From contig JBBRUU010000001.1 in the NCBI GenBank assembly GCA_038247515.1, positions 1 through 60,575 of the forward strand: 60,575 nt of DNA, written 5' to 3'. Both the position numbers and the translations under genes were made by a program. Below the pieces are notes generated by a model, which made no database searches, was not told the DNA's origin, and saw only the letters and a list, made by a program, of their open reading frames with translations. The stretch is from Sphingomonadales bacterium (lineage in GTDB: Bacteria > Pseudomonadota > Alphaproteobacteria > Sphingomonadales > Sphingomonadaceae). Below are positions 28,214 to 38,122 of this stretch, piece by piece (the stretch's first letter is position 1; each line of letters opens with the position of its first letter).

Positions 28214-29520
28214 CACCGCGCGGCCACCATCCTGAAGACGCCAAGGACGGTCGGATCGATCCCGACAAGGCGCCGCGTCGACCACACCAGAAACACCATG
28301 CGCGCCAGCGTTCCGGCCAGCACCGCGACCGCAAAAGCCGCAGCCCGTCCGTCAAACGCGGCGATGGCGAGGCCGACCACCGTCACCGTTAGCGATATAG
28401 CGCAGGCGCGCGTCACCACGGCATCGCGGCGCGCGGCGTGCAGAAGGCTGATGCTGATCCCGCCCATAGACCCCACGACACTCGCTCCGGCCAAGACGGA
28501 CATGATCGGCCACGCAGCGCGGTAATCGCTGCCGAATGCCAGAGCAAGCAAGCTTTCCCCGAAAATCCAGAGACATGCCGCAATTCCAAGGGTCGGCAAA
28601 AGCGTCGCTGCTGCCGCCGCGAGCGACAGGCGCCCAAGCTGTGCGGTGTCATGCTGCTGATAAAGCGACGAGGCCATCGCGGGCACCATGACCGAGATCA
28701 TCGTCGCAGGCAGGTTCGAGAACACCATGACCGCAGTGGCGACGCGGAACAGGCCCGCCTGATCTATCGTGGTGAGCGCGCCGACCATGATGAGCGGCAG
28801 CGTCGTCTCGGCGGCGTTGATCACCGTCGTCAGGCCCATCGTGGCGCTCGCCTTGCCCCAGCCGCGCCGTTCGGCCTCGCTTGCTGGCCCTTTGTGGAGC
28901 GCGCGCCAGATCCGCGACACCGTGCGCCAGCCGAACGGCAGCGTGACCAGCACCGCTGCCACGGTGAGCGCCATCGCCATGTCCGGCTTAAGCACGCCGA
29001 GCGTCAGGACCGCGATCCACAGCAAGACCGATTGCGCGGCAGGCCGGATCGCGGTGTCGAGCGCCTGGCCAAGCACCAGCCGCCCCGCCCCGCGCACGAT
29101 CGCTCCGACCAGCGCGAGCAAGGCGATGAGCGCGGTCGCAAGCATCGTGGCATAGGCGAGTGTGGGCGCAGCGTTCAGACCCCAGACGACATAGGCTCCC
29201 GCCGCCAGCGCCGCCGCCGCGCCCAGCGCCAGGACATATCGTAGGGACCACGCGACCAGCCGCGCTGCGCCCGCGTCGTCATCGGCCGCGCGGTAAGCCG
29301 ACAGATCGCGGGTCGTATGCAATTGCAGCCCGCCCGCAGCGAAGGTCGCCCCGAGGCTCGCCGCCGCCATTGCCGATCCGTAAAGGCCGTAGCCCGCCAC
29401 GCCGAGGCCACGGGCAAGCTGGACGCCGACCAGGAACGCCATCGCCGTCCCGAATACATAGATCCCGGTGCTGCCGCCCAGCGCGCGCAGGAAGTCTTGG
29501 CTCAGGGACCGGACGGACAA
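28213..29520 (-). CDS. Oligosaccharide flippase (Wzx/MOP family)
   Basis: About 12 TM segments; ARGLGVAGYGLY, AGLFRVA, FGSDY. Confidence 0.82.
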   Translation of the reverse strand: MSVRSLSQDFLRALGGSTGIYVFGTAMAFLVGVQLARGLGVAGYGLYGSAMAAASLGATFAAGGLQLHTTRDLSAYRAADDDAGAARLVAWSLRYVLALGAAAALAAGAYVVWGLNAAPTLAYATMLATALIALLALVGAIVRGAGRLVLGQALDTAIRPAAQSVLLWIAVLTLGVLKPDMAMALTVAAVLVTLPFGWRTVSRIWRALHKGPASEAERRGWGKASATMGLTTVINAAETTLPLIMVGALTTIDQAGLFRVATAVMVFSNLPATMISVMVPAMASSLYQQHDTAQLGRLSLAAAAATLLPTLGIAACLWIFGESLLALAFGSDYRAAWPIMSVLAGASVVGSMGGISISLLHAARRDAVVTRACAISLTVTVVGLAIAAFDGRAAAFAVAVLAGTLARMVFLVWSTRRLVGIDPTVLGVFRMVAAR

Positions 29521-29526
29521 AACCGA

Positions 29527-30807
29527 TCAGATCCTCAGATCGCTCTCTGTGCGGTCAAAAACGCTCTTGAGATCAAAGAACACGCTCTGTTCGCTCCCGT
29601 AGGCCCGGATCGCCGCAGCGCCGGCCTTACGGAACACATCATGCGGCACAGCCAGCACCACCCCGTCATAGCGCCCCTGTTCAGGCTCTGCGACAAGCGC
29701 GAGGCCGTATTCGCGGTGCGCTTCGTCGGGGTCGCACATCGGGTCGTGGACATCGACGATCGCCCCGTAGTCACGCAGTTCGTCGACCACATCGATCACC
29801 CGCGTGTTGCGCAGATCGGGGCAATCCTCCTTGAAGGTCAGGCCAAGTACCAAGATGCGCGCGCCGCCGACATGGATGCGACGCTTGAGCATGGCCTTGG
29901 CCATCTGCTTGCCGACATAGGCGCCCATGCCGTCATTGATCCGCCGCCCGGCGAGGATCACGTCGGGGTGATACCCCAGCGCCTCGGCCTTGTGGGTGAG
30001 GTAATAGGGGTCGACGCCGATACAGTGGCCGCCCACCAGACCGGGGCGGAAGGGCAGGAAGTTCCACTTGGTGCCAGCGGCCTTGAGCACCGCTTCGGTG
30101 TCGATCCCCATCAGGTTGAAGATGATCCCGAGCTCGTTGACGAGCGCGATGTTGAGATCGCGCTGTGTGTTCTCGATCACCTTGGCAGCTTCGGCGACGC
30201 GGATGCTTTCCGCCTTGTAGGTGCCCGCTGTGATGATGCTGGCATAGAGCGCGTCGACCCGGTCAGCGATTTCGGGCGTCGAGCCAGAGGTGACCTTCAG
30301 GATCGTCGTCAACCGGTGCGCCTTGTCGCCGGGATTGATCCGCTCCGGACTGTAGCCGCAGAAAAACTCAACATTGAAGGTGAGGCCGGAGGTCTTCTCG
30401 AGCAGCGGCACACAATCTTCTTCGGTGGCGCCGGGATAGACGGTCGATTCGTAAATGACGATGCTGCCGCGGCGCATCACCCGGCCGACGGTTTCGGTGG
30501 CCTTCAGAAGCGGGGTGAGGTCGGGCCGCTTGTGCGCGTCGATCGGGGTCGGCACTGTAACGATGAAGATCGACGCTGCGGCCAAGTCTTCCGGATCGGT
30601 GGTGAGGGTGAGATGGCGCGCCTCGGCAAGCTCGCCGGGCGAAAGCTCGCAGGTCCGGTCATGCCCTTCGGCAAGCTCGGCAATGCGCTCACCACTGATG
30701 TCGAAGCCGATCACAGGGCGGTGCTTGGCAAATTCCGCCGCCAGCGGCAGGCCGACATAGCCAAGGCCGATCACCGCAATCAGCGGCAAGGCATCCTCAT
30801 TCGTCAC
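29527..30807 (-). CDS. UDP-N-acetylhexosamine dehydrogenase (TviB/WbpO-like)
   Basis: GTG 30807; [56 protein letters not shown]. Confidence 0.92.
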   Translation of the reverse strand: MTNEDALPLIAVIGLGYVGLPLAAEFAKHRPVIGFDISGERIAELAEGHDRTCELSPGELAEARHLTLTTDPEDLAAASIFIVTVPTPIDAHKRPDLTPLLKATETVGRVMRRGSIVIYESTVYPGATEEDCVPLLEKTSGLTFNVEFFCGYSPERINPGDKAHRLTTILKVTSGSTPEIADRVDALYASIITAGTYKAESIRVAEAAKVIENTQRDLNIALVNELGIIFNLMGIDTEAVLKAAGTKWNFLPFRPGLVGGHCIGVDPYYLTHKAEALGYHPDVILAGRRINDGMGAYVGKQMAKAMLKRRIHVGGARILVLGLTFKEDCPDLRNTRVIDVVDELRDYGAIVDVHDPMCDPDEAHREYGLALVAEPEQGRYDGVVLAVPHDVFRKAGAAAIRAYGSEQSVFFDLKSVFDRTESDLRI

Positions 30808-31192
30808 TTTCAACCCCTCTCGATGCCACCAGCGTCCCGATCCAGCGCAGCCCCCCGGCAACAAGCGCCGCTAAGGCGATGCCCGCTACGCTGCTTGCGA
30901 AATCAAGCCAATCGGGCGTGCGGTGCGGCTGGAATATCTGCACAATTTCAATCCCGCCCGCAAAGCCAATTAGTCCAACAATGCTGCGCGATCGCGAATC
31001 GAGCAGCAGTACGGGCGTCGATAGCGCAAGGAAGGCGGCGATGTGCAGAACAAGATCGTTATGGCCGCAAAGTAAGGGATGATCCGGAAACGGTCCGGCG
31101 AAGACGACCGCGAAATAGACCACCACCGCGCCGATCGCCAGCGTGGCCAAGCCGACCAGCGTCTTGAAAAGGGAGGCGGGTTTCACAAGCAC
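30797..31192 (-). CDS. VanZ-like membrane protein
   Basis: DLVLHIAAF...IEIVQ-x-F-x-P-x-R...DF pattern; about four TMs. Confidence 0.7.
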   Translation of the reverse strand: MLVKPASLFKTLVGLATLAIGAVVVYFAVVFAGPFPDHPLLCGHNDLVLHIAAFLALSTPVLLLDSRSRSIVGLIGFAGGIEIVQIFQPHRTPDWLDFASSVAGIALAALVAGGLRWIGTLVASRGVESDE

Positions 31193-31281
31193 GTCCCGGC
31201 CTTCCCTTTCGCGCGATAACCGATAAGTAAGCCAGCGCGTGAGGTGCCACGAGGCTGGAGGGCGAAGCCATCAATGTCCTG

Positions 31282-32385
31282 ATGACAGTCAACGCGGCGT
31301 GGAACATCTGGAATTTCCGCAAGTCGCTGGTCGAGGCGCTTGTGGATGACGGCCACCGCATCACGGTGCTCGCCCCGCCCGACGAGACCAGCGAGCGGCT
31401 CGCGGCGCTGGGCTGCGATGTGCGCCCTCTGGCGATGAGCGTCAACGGGTTGAACCCGCTCGAGGATTTGCGGCTTGCGCGGCGCTTCGGCCAAATCTTC
31501 CGTGAAACCGCGCCCGACATCGTGCTGAGCTACACGATCAAGAACAACATCTTCGGTGCATTTCCCGCCAAGGCGGCGGGCGTGCCCTTCGTTCCCAACG
31601 TAACCGGGCTCGGCACGGCCTTCCTGTCGGGCTGGGTGCTCGAACAGGTCTCTGTGCAGCTCTACCGGCGCGCCTTTGCGGGCCTGCCGCGCGTGTTCTT
31701 CCAGAACGCCGACGACCGCGACCTTTTCGTCGATTACAGCATAGTGCGTGAGGAGCAGACGCGCCTCCTGCCGGGCTCGGGCATCGATCTTGAACGCTTC
31801 GCGCCAGCCGCACTGCCCGACCCTTCGCAGCCGCCAGTGTTCCTGATGATAGCGCGTCTGCTGCGTGACAAGGGCGTGCTCGAATTCGTCGAGGCGGCGC
31901 GAATTATCCGGGCGCAGCTTCCCGGCGCGCGCTTCCAGCTGCTCGGCGCGCTTGGGCCGCAGAACCGCACCGCGATCGACCCGGTGATGGTCGATGGCTG
32001 GATCGCGGAGGGCGTGGTCGAGTATCTCGGCAGCACCGACGACGTGCGCCCTTACATCGCGGCAGCCTCCTGCGTGGTGCTGCCGTCCTATCGCGAAGGC
32101 GCGCCGCGCACCCTGATCGAGGCGGCCGCGATGGCCCGCCCGGTGATTGCAACCGACGTGCCGGGATGCCGCGCCGTGATCGACGAGGGCGTCTCGGGTT
32201 TCCTGTGCAAAGTCCGGGATGCAGGCAACCTTGCTGACGCCATGGCACGCTTTCTCGCTCTGCCCGCCGCAACGCGCGCGACGATGGGCGATGCCGGACG
32301 GTCCAAGATGGCGCGCGAATTCGATCAGGCGCTCGTCATTGACGCCTATCTCGATGCAATCAGCACGCTCGCCCGCAGCACCTGA
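31282..32385 (+). CDS. Glycosyltransferase family 4 (CapM/PglA-like)
   Basis: NFRKSL, SYTIK, TGLG, FQNADD, GSGID, ARLLRDKG, PSYREG; true start may be CTG 31255. Confidence 0.9.
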   Translation: MTVNAAWNIWNFRKSLVEALVDDGHRITVLAPPDETSERLAALGCDVRPLAMSVNGLNPLEDLRLARRFGQIFRETAPDIVLSYTIKNNIFGAFPAKAAGVPFVPNVTGLGTAFLSGWVLEQVSVQLYRRAFAGLPRVFFQNADDRDLFVDYSIVREEQTRLLPGSGIDLERFAPAALPDPSQPPVFLMIARLLRDKGVLEFVEAARIIRAQLPGARFQLLGALGPQNRTAIDPVMVDGWIAEGVVEYLGSTDDVRPYIAAASCVVLPSYREGAPRTLIEAAAMARPVIATDVPGCRAVIDEGVSGFLCKVRDAGNLADAMARFLALPAATRATMGDAGRSKMAREFDQALVIDAYLDAISTLARST

Positions 32386-32409
32386 AGCGGGACCGCGCGA
32401 ACCCTCCAC

Positions 32410-33288
32410 TTATTCGCCCACGGCTGAAAGCTGGGTGGCAACGCGGATCTGCCCTGCGTCTCTGAAGCGCACGATCTCTTCGACGATCCCCTCAAGGTTC
32501 GCAAGGGTCGCAGGGGCGGTCGCGATGTTCTCAGGGTGCAGCCAGAAATGCGCGACGCCCCCGGTCCGGGCGGCGTGGCCGAGCAGGTTGCGCGCGCGCC
32601 GCTGTGTCACCGCGGGCGGCACGAGCTTGCGCGGTCCGCTGCGCCAGTTGATGAAGATCCCCGAGGGCAGCTCTAAAGGCCAGCCATCTGCCGGATCCGG
32701 CAGCGGCTGGGAGGGGACGCCGAGATCGAACTCCGAGAGGAGCGACTGCGCGCGGCTGGCAAACTGGCGGTGGCCCCGGTAGGCCTTGCAGCCGAATTCG
32801 GCGAGCACATCCAAGTGTGCAACGAGGTTGCGCGGAAAGACCATCGTCTGGCGGTGTTCAGGCCGCGCTAGCTCGAACTCGCGCCGCGCCTGATCGCGCG
32901 TGAGGTCGTTCCAAGGCACATGGGTCGCGCCGTGACAGGCGATCTCGTGGCCGCCCTCGCCCCCCCTCTCACGCACCATATCGAGCGCCCAGTCGCCGAC
33001 CCAACCCTCCTCGCCTGCGGCAAGGCCGACTGCGGCGCTGGCGAGATAGGGCAATTCCTGCGCTAGATCGCGCACCAGCGCGGTCGTCTCGCGCGACGCC
33101 GGGCGGGTGAAGAGCTCGACAAAGGCGAAGGTCGCGCTGACCTGCGCCCCGGCAAACAGATCGGTTATAGCGCGGTAAGCGGCGCGCAGCCGCGTATCGC
33201 CAAGACCCTCGGCCAGCGCAGGCGTCAGGTGATCCGCAACGCCCCAACGCCCCTCACAATCGAGCGAGATGATCGCAGTCCCGGTCAT
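32410..33288 (-). CDS. Polysaccharide deacetylase family protein
   Basis: ATG 33288; ISLDCEGRWG, ATFAFV, HEIACHGATH, VFPRN, HFWLHPEN. Confidence 0.8.
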   Translation of the reverse strand: MTGTAIISLDCEGRWGVADHLTPALAEGLGDTRLRAAYRAITDLFAGAQVSATFAFVELFTRPASRETTALVRDLAQELPYLASAAVGLAAGEEGWVGDWALDMVRERGGEGGHEIACHGATHVPWNDLTRDQARREFELARPEHRQTMVFPRNLVAHLDVLAEFGCKAYRGHRQFASRAQSLLSEFDLGVPSQPLPDPADGWPLELPSGIFINWRSGPRKLVPPAVTQRRARNLLGHAARTGGVAHFWLHPENIATAPATLANLEGIVEEIVRFRDAGQIRVATQLSAVGE

Positions 33289-34289
33289 ATGCCGTCCGAA
33301 TCCAGATAGCTGAGATACCAGTTCTCCCGCGCTTCGGCGGCTCCGCCCCGTGCCGAGAGAGCGCGCGCGCCAAAGTTGATCTCCACCGGTCGCAGCCGTT
33401 CGGGGATCGGCAGAAAGCCTGCGCGGCGATAGCAGCGGTAATTGGGCGACCAGCCGAAACACCAGGCGAGCGCGATCTGCGCGCCCTCGATCGCCAGATG
33501 GTGCAGCTCAGATGCGAGCAACGGGCCAAGCGCCGCGCCGCCGATCGCCTCAAGCACATAGGCGATCCGCGATCCGTGCTTTTCCACCACGCGCGAGACC
33601 ACGAGCGCGCGTTCTGCGCTCTCACCATACATGGCGACCCGGTACTCTTGCGCATGGGGCGCGCCGAAAATCCGGTGATTGAGCGCGTCGGCATCGCGCA
33701 CCACCGCGCAGCCGATATCGCGGCTGAAACGCGCCCAGACATTATCGGTCTCGCTGCCGAATTGCCGGGGCGAGACATTCTTCACGCGCGCGCCGCGAGC
33801 AAGCCGAACCGCTCCGGGCAGCCCCGCCTTGCGCAGCAGGAACGCGGCATCGAGCGGACGGACGAGGAAGGGCACCTGCCCGAAATTCTGCCATCCGAGG
33901 CCGCCGAACCAGGCCGGGGCGGCATTCGCGTTGGGAAAGCCCCATGTCACGTCGCACCCTGCCTCGCCAGCCGCATCGGCAAAGCCGTGGGCGAGCCGCG
34001 AGAACAGGCGCTTGCCGCGCGCTTCTTCCGACACGAACGAATCGACCGCCTGAAACGCGAAACCTTCCTCAGGTCCCAGCTTCACGCGCGCCGGGATATT
34101 GGCCGACAACCCGATGATCCGATTTTCGCGGCGCGCCACGCAGAACGGGGGACAGGGAGCCTCCGCTGCCCCGAAGGTCCAGCCGAGACCCGCTTCACCC
34201 TGCCCGGCCCGTTCGAGCCCGAATGCCTGATAGGCGGCCAGTAACGCAGGCGAAGAGCCCTCAAGGCCGATCTGTATGTCATCATCCAT
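33285..34289 (-). CDS. GNAT-family acyltransferase
   Basis: QAVDSFV-x-x-x-ARGKRLF acyl-CoA motif, WGFPN, C-terminal LDSD. Confidence 0.8.
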   Translation of the reverse strand: MDDDIQIGLEGSSPALLAAYQAFGLERAGQGEAGLGWTFGAAEAPCPPFCVARRENRIIGLSANIPARVKLGPEEGFAFQAVDSFVSEEARGKRLFSRLAHGFADAAGEAGCDVTWGFPNANAAPAWFGGLGWQNFGQVPFLVRPLDAAFLLRKAGLPGAVRLARGARVKNVSPRQFGSETDNVWARFSRDIGCAVVRDADALNHRIFGAPHAQEYRVAMYGESAERALVVSRVVEKHGSRIAYVLEAIGGAALGPLLASELHHLAIEGAQIALAWCFGWSPNYRCYRRAGFLPIPERLRPVEINFGARALSARGGAAEARENWYLSYLDSDGI

Positions 34290-34582
34290 TGTGCCCCCTA
34301 TCCCGCTAAGCCTTGGCCCCGATTAACATCCATCCTGCGCCCGATCACCAGACAAACCAAGCGCAAGGCCGGCAATCGTCCCATCGCCCTGTGCAGGTGG
34401 GGGATGCAACCTAGCGACAGACGGTACGGCCTTTGGGAGGCCTGACCAAACACCTAGGTGTGACTCCGTATTACTGCCAAGTTTAGGTATTGCTTGACTT
34501 TTTTTCCAAGCGGGCCGAAATGGTCTTCCGGTATCGCAGTAGCCGGGCTTCAGATGGCACCGTATGTGCCAGGGCAGCAAAC

Positions 34583-36091
34583 ATGATCGAAATGTCAGGA
34601 ATAGGCCGGTCGGCGCTTGCGCCAGACTCGGACGAGCCGCCGGGTTCGTATGGCGTGAATCCACCTCAGGACCGCCGCCGGGGTGCCGAAGGCGCTCTTG
34701 TTGATGCCGGTCTAATGCTCGTGCCAGCTCCGGATGCGAGCGCCGAGGACGCTCCTGCCGACGCCGTTTCTGCCAACGACGTTTCTGCCAACGCCATGGG
34801 GAACGTCGATTACGCGGCAGTGCCGATCCACCGCCGCGCCGCCTTGGTGAAGCGTTTCGAGCTGCCCCTGCTGCTGATTGCCGGTCTGGGGCCGGCACTC
34901 ATCGCATGGTCTAGCCTCGGCCGCCGGTTCTTCACTGAAAGCTTCGAGGAGACGACCTCGGCGCTCGTCGGGTCGATCGTGCTGTCCTGGTACATCCTCT
35001 ACCAGCTCAAGGATCACGCCAACGCGCGCCATCTTTCCTATGTCCTGCCGGTGAACCTTGCGGTCTTTTCCGCTGTCCTGGCGCTCGTGGCGTTGCTGCG
35101 CGTTCCCTATTCCGGATCCTATTTTACCGTCGGCGCGGTGTGCGCGGTAGCGGCGAGCTTTCTTACGGCGGTTTATGAGCGGCGGCTGGTCAAGCTGCAT
35201 CTCGTCGTGCCCGGCGGCCGGGCGGAAGAGATCGAGATCAACAGCCAGTACCGCCCCGCTCCGTCCACTGCGGCTATCGAAAAGCTGATCGACACCGGAT
35301 GGCGGGAATGGGCGATCGTCGCCGATCTCCACCATCCGCAACCCGAACGCGCCGAACGCGTATTCGCCAAGGCCGCCCTTGCCGGCGTCCCCGTCTATCA
35401 CTTCCGCCAGATCGCCGAGACCCAGTCGGGGCAGGTCAAGATCGCGCATCTCAGCGAGAACGACCTTGGCTCGCTGATCCCCAACATCTCCTACATGTCA
35501 GTCAAGCGGGCTATCGACATCGCCAGCGCGCTGGTTCTCATCCCTCTGTGCCTCCCGCTGTTCGCGCTGGTTGCGATGCTGATCCGGCTGGATTCTCCGG
35601 GGAGCGCATTCTTCATTCAGGAACGTATGGGTTACCGCGGGCGCATGTTCCGAATGATCAAGTTCAGGACCATGCACCAAGGCCGCCAGATCGAAGGTGG
35701 GGGCGAAGACCGCGAATATGCCAAGACGAGGTCCGAAGATGACCGGATCACCCGGATCGGGCGTTTCCTCAGAAAGTCGCGGCTCGACGAGCTGCCGCAG
35801 ATTGTCAACGTGCTGCGCGGAGAGATGAGCGTCATCGGCCCTCGGCCCGAGGCCTGCGCGCTGTCCGCCTGGTACGATTCCGAGCTGCCGTTCTATCCCT
35901 ACCGGCACATCGTTCGGCCGGGCATCACCGGCTGGGCGCAAGTCAACCAGGGTCACGTCACCGATGTCTCCGACGTGCTCGAAAAACTGCGCTACGATTT
36001 TTACTACATCAAGAATATCTCGCTGTGGCTTGACCTGCTCGTGTCACTCAAGACAATTCGGGTTATGGTTCAAGGCATCGGAGCGCGGTGA
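34583..36091 (+). CDS. Priming sugar transferase (WcaJ/WbaP-like, with N-terminal TM domain); start uncertain
   Basis: KRAIDI, KFRTM, DDRITRIGRFLRKSRLDELPQ, IGPRPE, RPGITGWAQV; alternative start 34715. Confidence 0.88.
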   Translation: MIEMSGIGRSALAPDSDEPPGSYGVNPPQDRRRGAEGALVDAGLMLVPAPDASAEDAPADAVSANDVSANAMGNVDYAAVPIHRRAALVKRFELPLLLIAGLGPALIAWSSLGRRFFTESFEETTSALVGSIVLSWYILYQLKDHANARHLSYVLPVNLAVFSAVLALVALLRVPYSGSYFTVGAVCAVAASFLTAVYERRLVKLHLVVPGGRAEEIEINSQYRPAPSTAAIEKLIDTGWREWAIVADLHHPQPERAERVFAKAALAGVPVYHFRQIAETQSGQVKIAHLSENDLGSLIPNISYMSVKRAIDIASALVLIPLCLPLFALVAMLIRLDSPGSAFFIQERMGYRGRMFRMIKFRTMHQGRQIEGGGEDREYAKTRSEDDRITRIGRFLRKSRLDELPQIVNVLRGEMSVIGPRPEACALSAWYDSELPFYPYRHIVRPGITGWAQVNQGHVTDVSDVLEKLRYDFYYIKNISLWLDLLVSLKTIRVMVQGIGAR

Positions 36092-36255
36092 AGTAACAAA
36101 AGCGTCGTTACTTGGCGCGCACCTTCTCAACCGCACAGATGCGGTCGCAACCCCCACTCTTCCATCCCGTCCAACCAAGAGGGCGCCTTAGCGCATCATG
36201 ATGCGCCCCTGCGCCAAGGCCGCAGCGCGGCCATGACCGGCTGCTAATAGCCTCA

Positions 36256-37146
36256 TCAATCCCGTCCGAAGGTGGCGACCAGCGAGAGCAAGCGCGCATG
36301 CGCTTGCGCAGCATCGTTCTCCGGGATCTCGAGCCGGTAGATTGGCACATCGCGGCTTAGCGCCGCACTGATTGGCAAAAGCGCGGCGCTGCGCCCCATG
36401 ATGGCCGGCACGCGCGGGCGGTGGCGGTTCTGGAGCAAGGCCTCCAACGCTGCCGGGCCGGTCAAGCGGGCAGGCGCTCGGCAAGTCCGAGGCGCCGAGC
36501 GAGCGAGGACGATCACGGCGCCAAGCGGAGCAGTCTCCGCCTGGATGGACCGCGGAATGCAGCGCGCCTCGCGCTGCGCGCCGCCGGGTGCGGCCAGAAA
36601 GCAGCAGGCAGCAAGGCCGTTCACTTGCGGGGGGGCGCGGCCCGCGGACACCAGCAAGCTATCGTCACCAACAAAGCTTGCCCCGGCCTCGACCAGTCGA
36701 TGGGCCAGCGTGGACTTGCCGATGCCCGAGGGACCAGCGAGCGCAAGGGCCTCGCAGGCGCCCGGCATGACCACGCCCGCAGCGTGCAGCACAAACCCGC
36801 CGCGCATCCACAGCAGCATCGGCAAGGCAGTTGCGACGAGCAGGGCGGAAACGTCCTCCGGGTCGGCGTCGGCACTGGGCTCGATGATCAATTGCGTGGC
36901 CGATGGTGCAAGGTAGCGCGCCACCCCCGGCACATCGAGCAGCAAGGCATCGCCGCTGCGGCTGTAGGGGCCGCTGACAGCATCGACCGGCCCGATAGCA
37001 GTGCAGCCTTGGCCGATCACGATATCCGGCTGGCCCATGCGCCCAATGCCCTCGGCGCCAGACGTAATCGGCATGGCTCCCGGAATCGCGAAGGTGCTGT
37101 CGATGGTGAGGCCAAAGCCCCTGCAACAGTGCCGCCTGCCGGTCAT
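36256..37146 (-). CDS. HPr-kinase-like lasso peptide kinase 1
   Basis: ATG 37146; VLHAAGV, Walker A GPSGIGKST, VGDD (His-Lys-Asp-Asp set). Confidence 0.8.
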   Translation of the reverse strand: MTGRRHCCRGFGLTIDSTFAIPGAMPITSGAEGIGRMGQPDIVIGQGCTAIGPVDAVSGPYSRSGDALLLDVPGVARYLAPSATQLIIEPSADADPEDVSALLVATALPMLLWMRGGFVLHAAGVVMPGACEALALAGPSGIGKSTLAHRLVEAGASFVGDDSLLVSAGRAPPQVNGLAACCFLAAPGGAQREARCIPRSIQAETAPLGAVIVLARSAPRTCRAPARLTGPAALEALLQNRHRPRVPAIMGRSAALLPISAALSRDVPIYRLEIPENDAAQAHARLLSLVATFGRD

Positions 37147-37247
37147 GACAGGCGGTATCGCTGCTCGCGCACCGCTTGCCAAACGAGTGGCGCTGGTCGT
37201 GCGGCAAGGCGGCTTCCCGCAGCCGGATCGGCGCGGTATGGGAAGGC

Positions 37248-37670
37248 ATGGTGTCCGCCCATCCACGGCTGCGCAAGGCAGCGCGCATCGGCTATTTCGC
37301 CGCGCTCGTCGTGGAGGCGTTGGCGCAGATCGCGCTGGTGTGGGCGACAGTTCGACTCTTGTCGTCCGGCAGATTGCGGCGCTGGCTGCAACCGCGCCCC
37401 GGGTTGGCAGAGCCGCCCCTGCAACTGGCGCGAGATTTGCGGCGCTTGATGCATTTTCTCGCCCCCGCTCTGCCGCGCCGGACGCACTGTCTGATTTGCG
37501 CTTTGGCGGCGAGGGCCATGCTGGCGCGGCGCGGCTATGGCTCAACCCTGTCGCTTGGCGCGGATCTTAGCAAGTCATCGCTCGCGGCGCACGCATGGCT
37601 TTCGGCCGGATCAATCATTGTCACCGGCCGGGAAAACATGACGGCATACCGGGAAGTCACGCGATTCTAG
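37248..37670 (+). CDS. Lasso peptide leader peptidase (B2, transglutaminase-like)
   Basis: ATG 37248 behind GGAAGG; CLICALAARAMLARRG, TLSLG, AAHAWL, IVTG. Confidence 0.88.
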   Translation: MVSAHPRLRKAARIGYFAALVVEALAQIALVWATVRLLSSGRLRRWLQPRPGLAEPPLQLARDLRRLMHFLAPALPRRTHCLICALAARAMLARRGYGSTLSLGADLSKSSLAAHAWLSAGSIIVTGRENMTAYREVTRF

Positions 37671-37709
37671 ATCGCGGCGCGCGGCCGAGTGACGCCCGGC
37701 AGCCTGCAC

Positions 37710-37747
37710 GAACCACCCGGCCGCAGCACGCCGCAACCGAGTGGCTC
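37710..37747 (-). terminator. Stem-loop just 3' of the lasso precursor (stabiliser or terminator)
   Basis: GAGCCACTCGGTTGCGG-CGTG-CTGCGGCCGGGTGGTTC, 17 pairs including 5 G-U that form only on the minus strand; no U-tract. Confidence 0.6.
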
Positions 37748-37754
37748 CCTGCGT

Positions 37755-37889
37755 TCAGGAACGTTGGCAGTCGATGAAGGCGTTGCCACCAACGTCGCTG
37801 CCCGTGCCCGACAAGGCATGGGTTTCCTCGATATCGAGCGTCCGAACGGTCGGTTCGACCCAAGGCTTACGATCAGTCTTCTGTGCCAT
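37755..37889 (-). CDS. Lasso peptide precursor (paeninodin-like), 44 aa
   Basis: Hand translation MAQKTDRKPWVEPTVRTLDIEETHALSGTGSDVGGNAFIDCQRS; RBS GGGAG 5 nt upstream; W-x-x-P-x-V leader motif, Thr at -2, Asp8, terminal Ser; lies between B2 and cyclase. Confidence 0.9.
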   Translation of the reverse strand: MAQKTDRKPWVEPTVRTLDIEETHALSGTGSDVGGNAFIDCQRS

Positions 37890-38022
37890 GTCGGCTCCCA
37901 ATCCTTGTTATGTTGATGTGCCCCCGGAACCTTCCCGCGTTTGCGACTTGCGGAAGTTCCTCGCGTCAGAACAGATACATGTTCGGGGCAATCATCACAA
38001 CCTCTTTGAAGCAATAAGGGTT

Positions 38023-38051
38023 TTTATGGACCTCGCGTCAGGCTTGTGCAA
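38023..38051 (-). promoter_or_regulatory. Candidate sigma70 promoter for the precursor gene
   Basis: TTGCAC-N17-CATAAA. Confidence 0.35.
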
Positions 38052-38122
38052 ACTCGCCATCCGATGGCGGCATCGATCGCCCTTGGCTCAAAGCCGTGCG
38101 CGGCCGCGCCGGAACATCCGCA

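Noticed and set aside
29317-31167. Long antisense ORFs (also 14474-16135, 52032-53846 and others)
   Set aside because: Mirror frames of well-supported genes, expected at high GC
34450-34461. 12-bp palindrome ACACCTAGGTGT in a divergent promoter region
   Set aside because: I saw no second copy and cannot assign a regulator; compatible with chance
37919-37990. Hammerhead ribozyme or c-di-GMP riboswitch
   Set aside because: Has CTGA after a stem but lacks the CUGANGA and GAAA core; no recognisable riboswitch consensus
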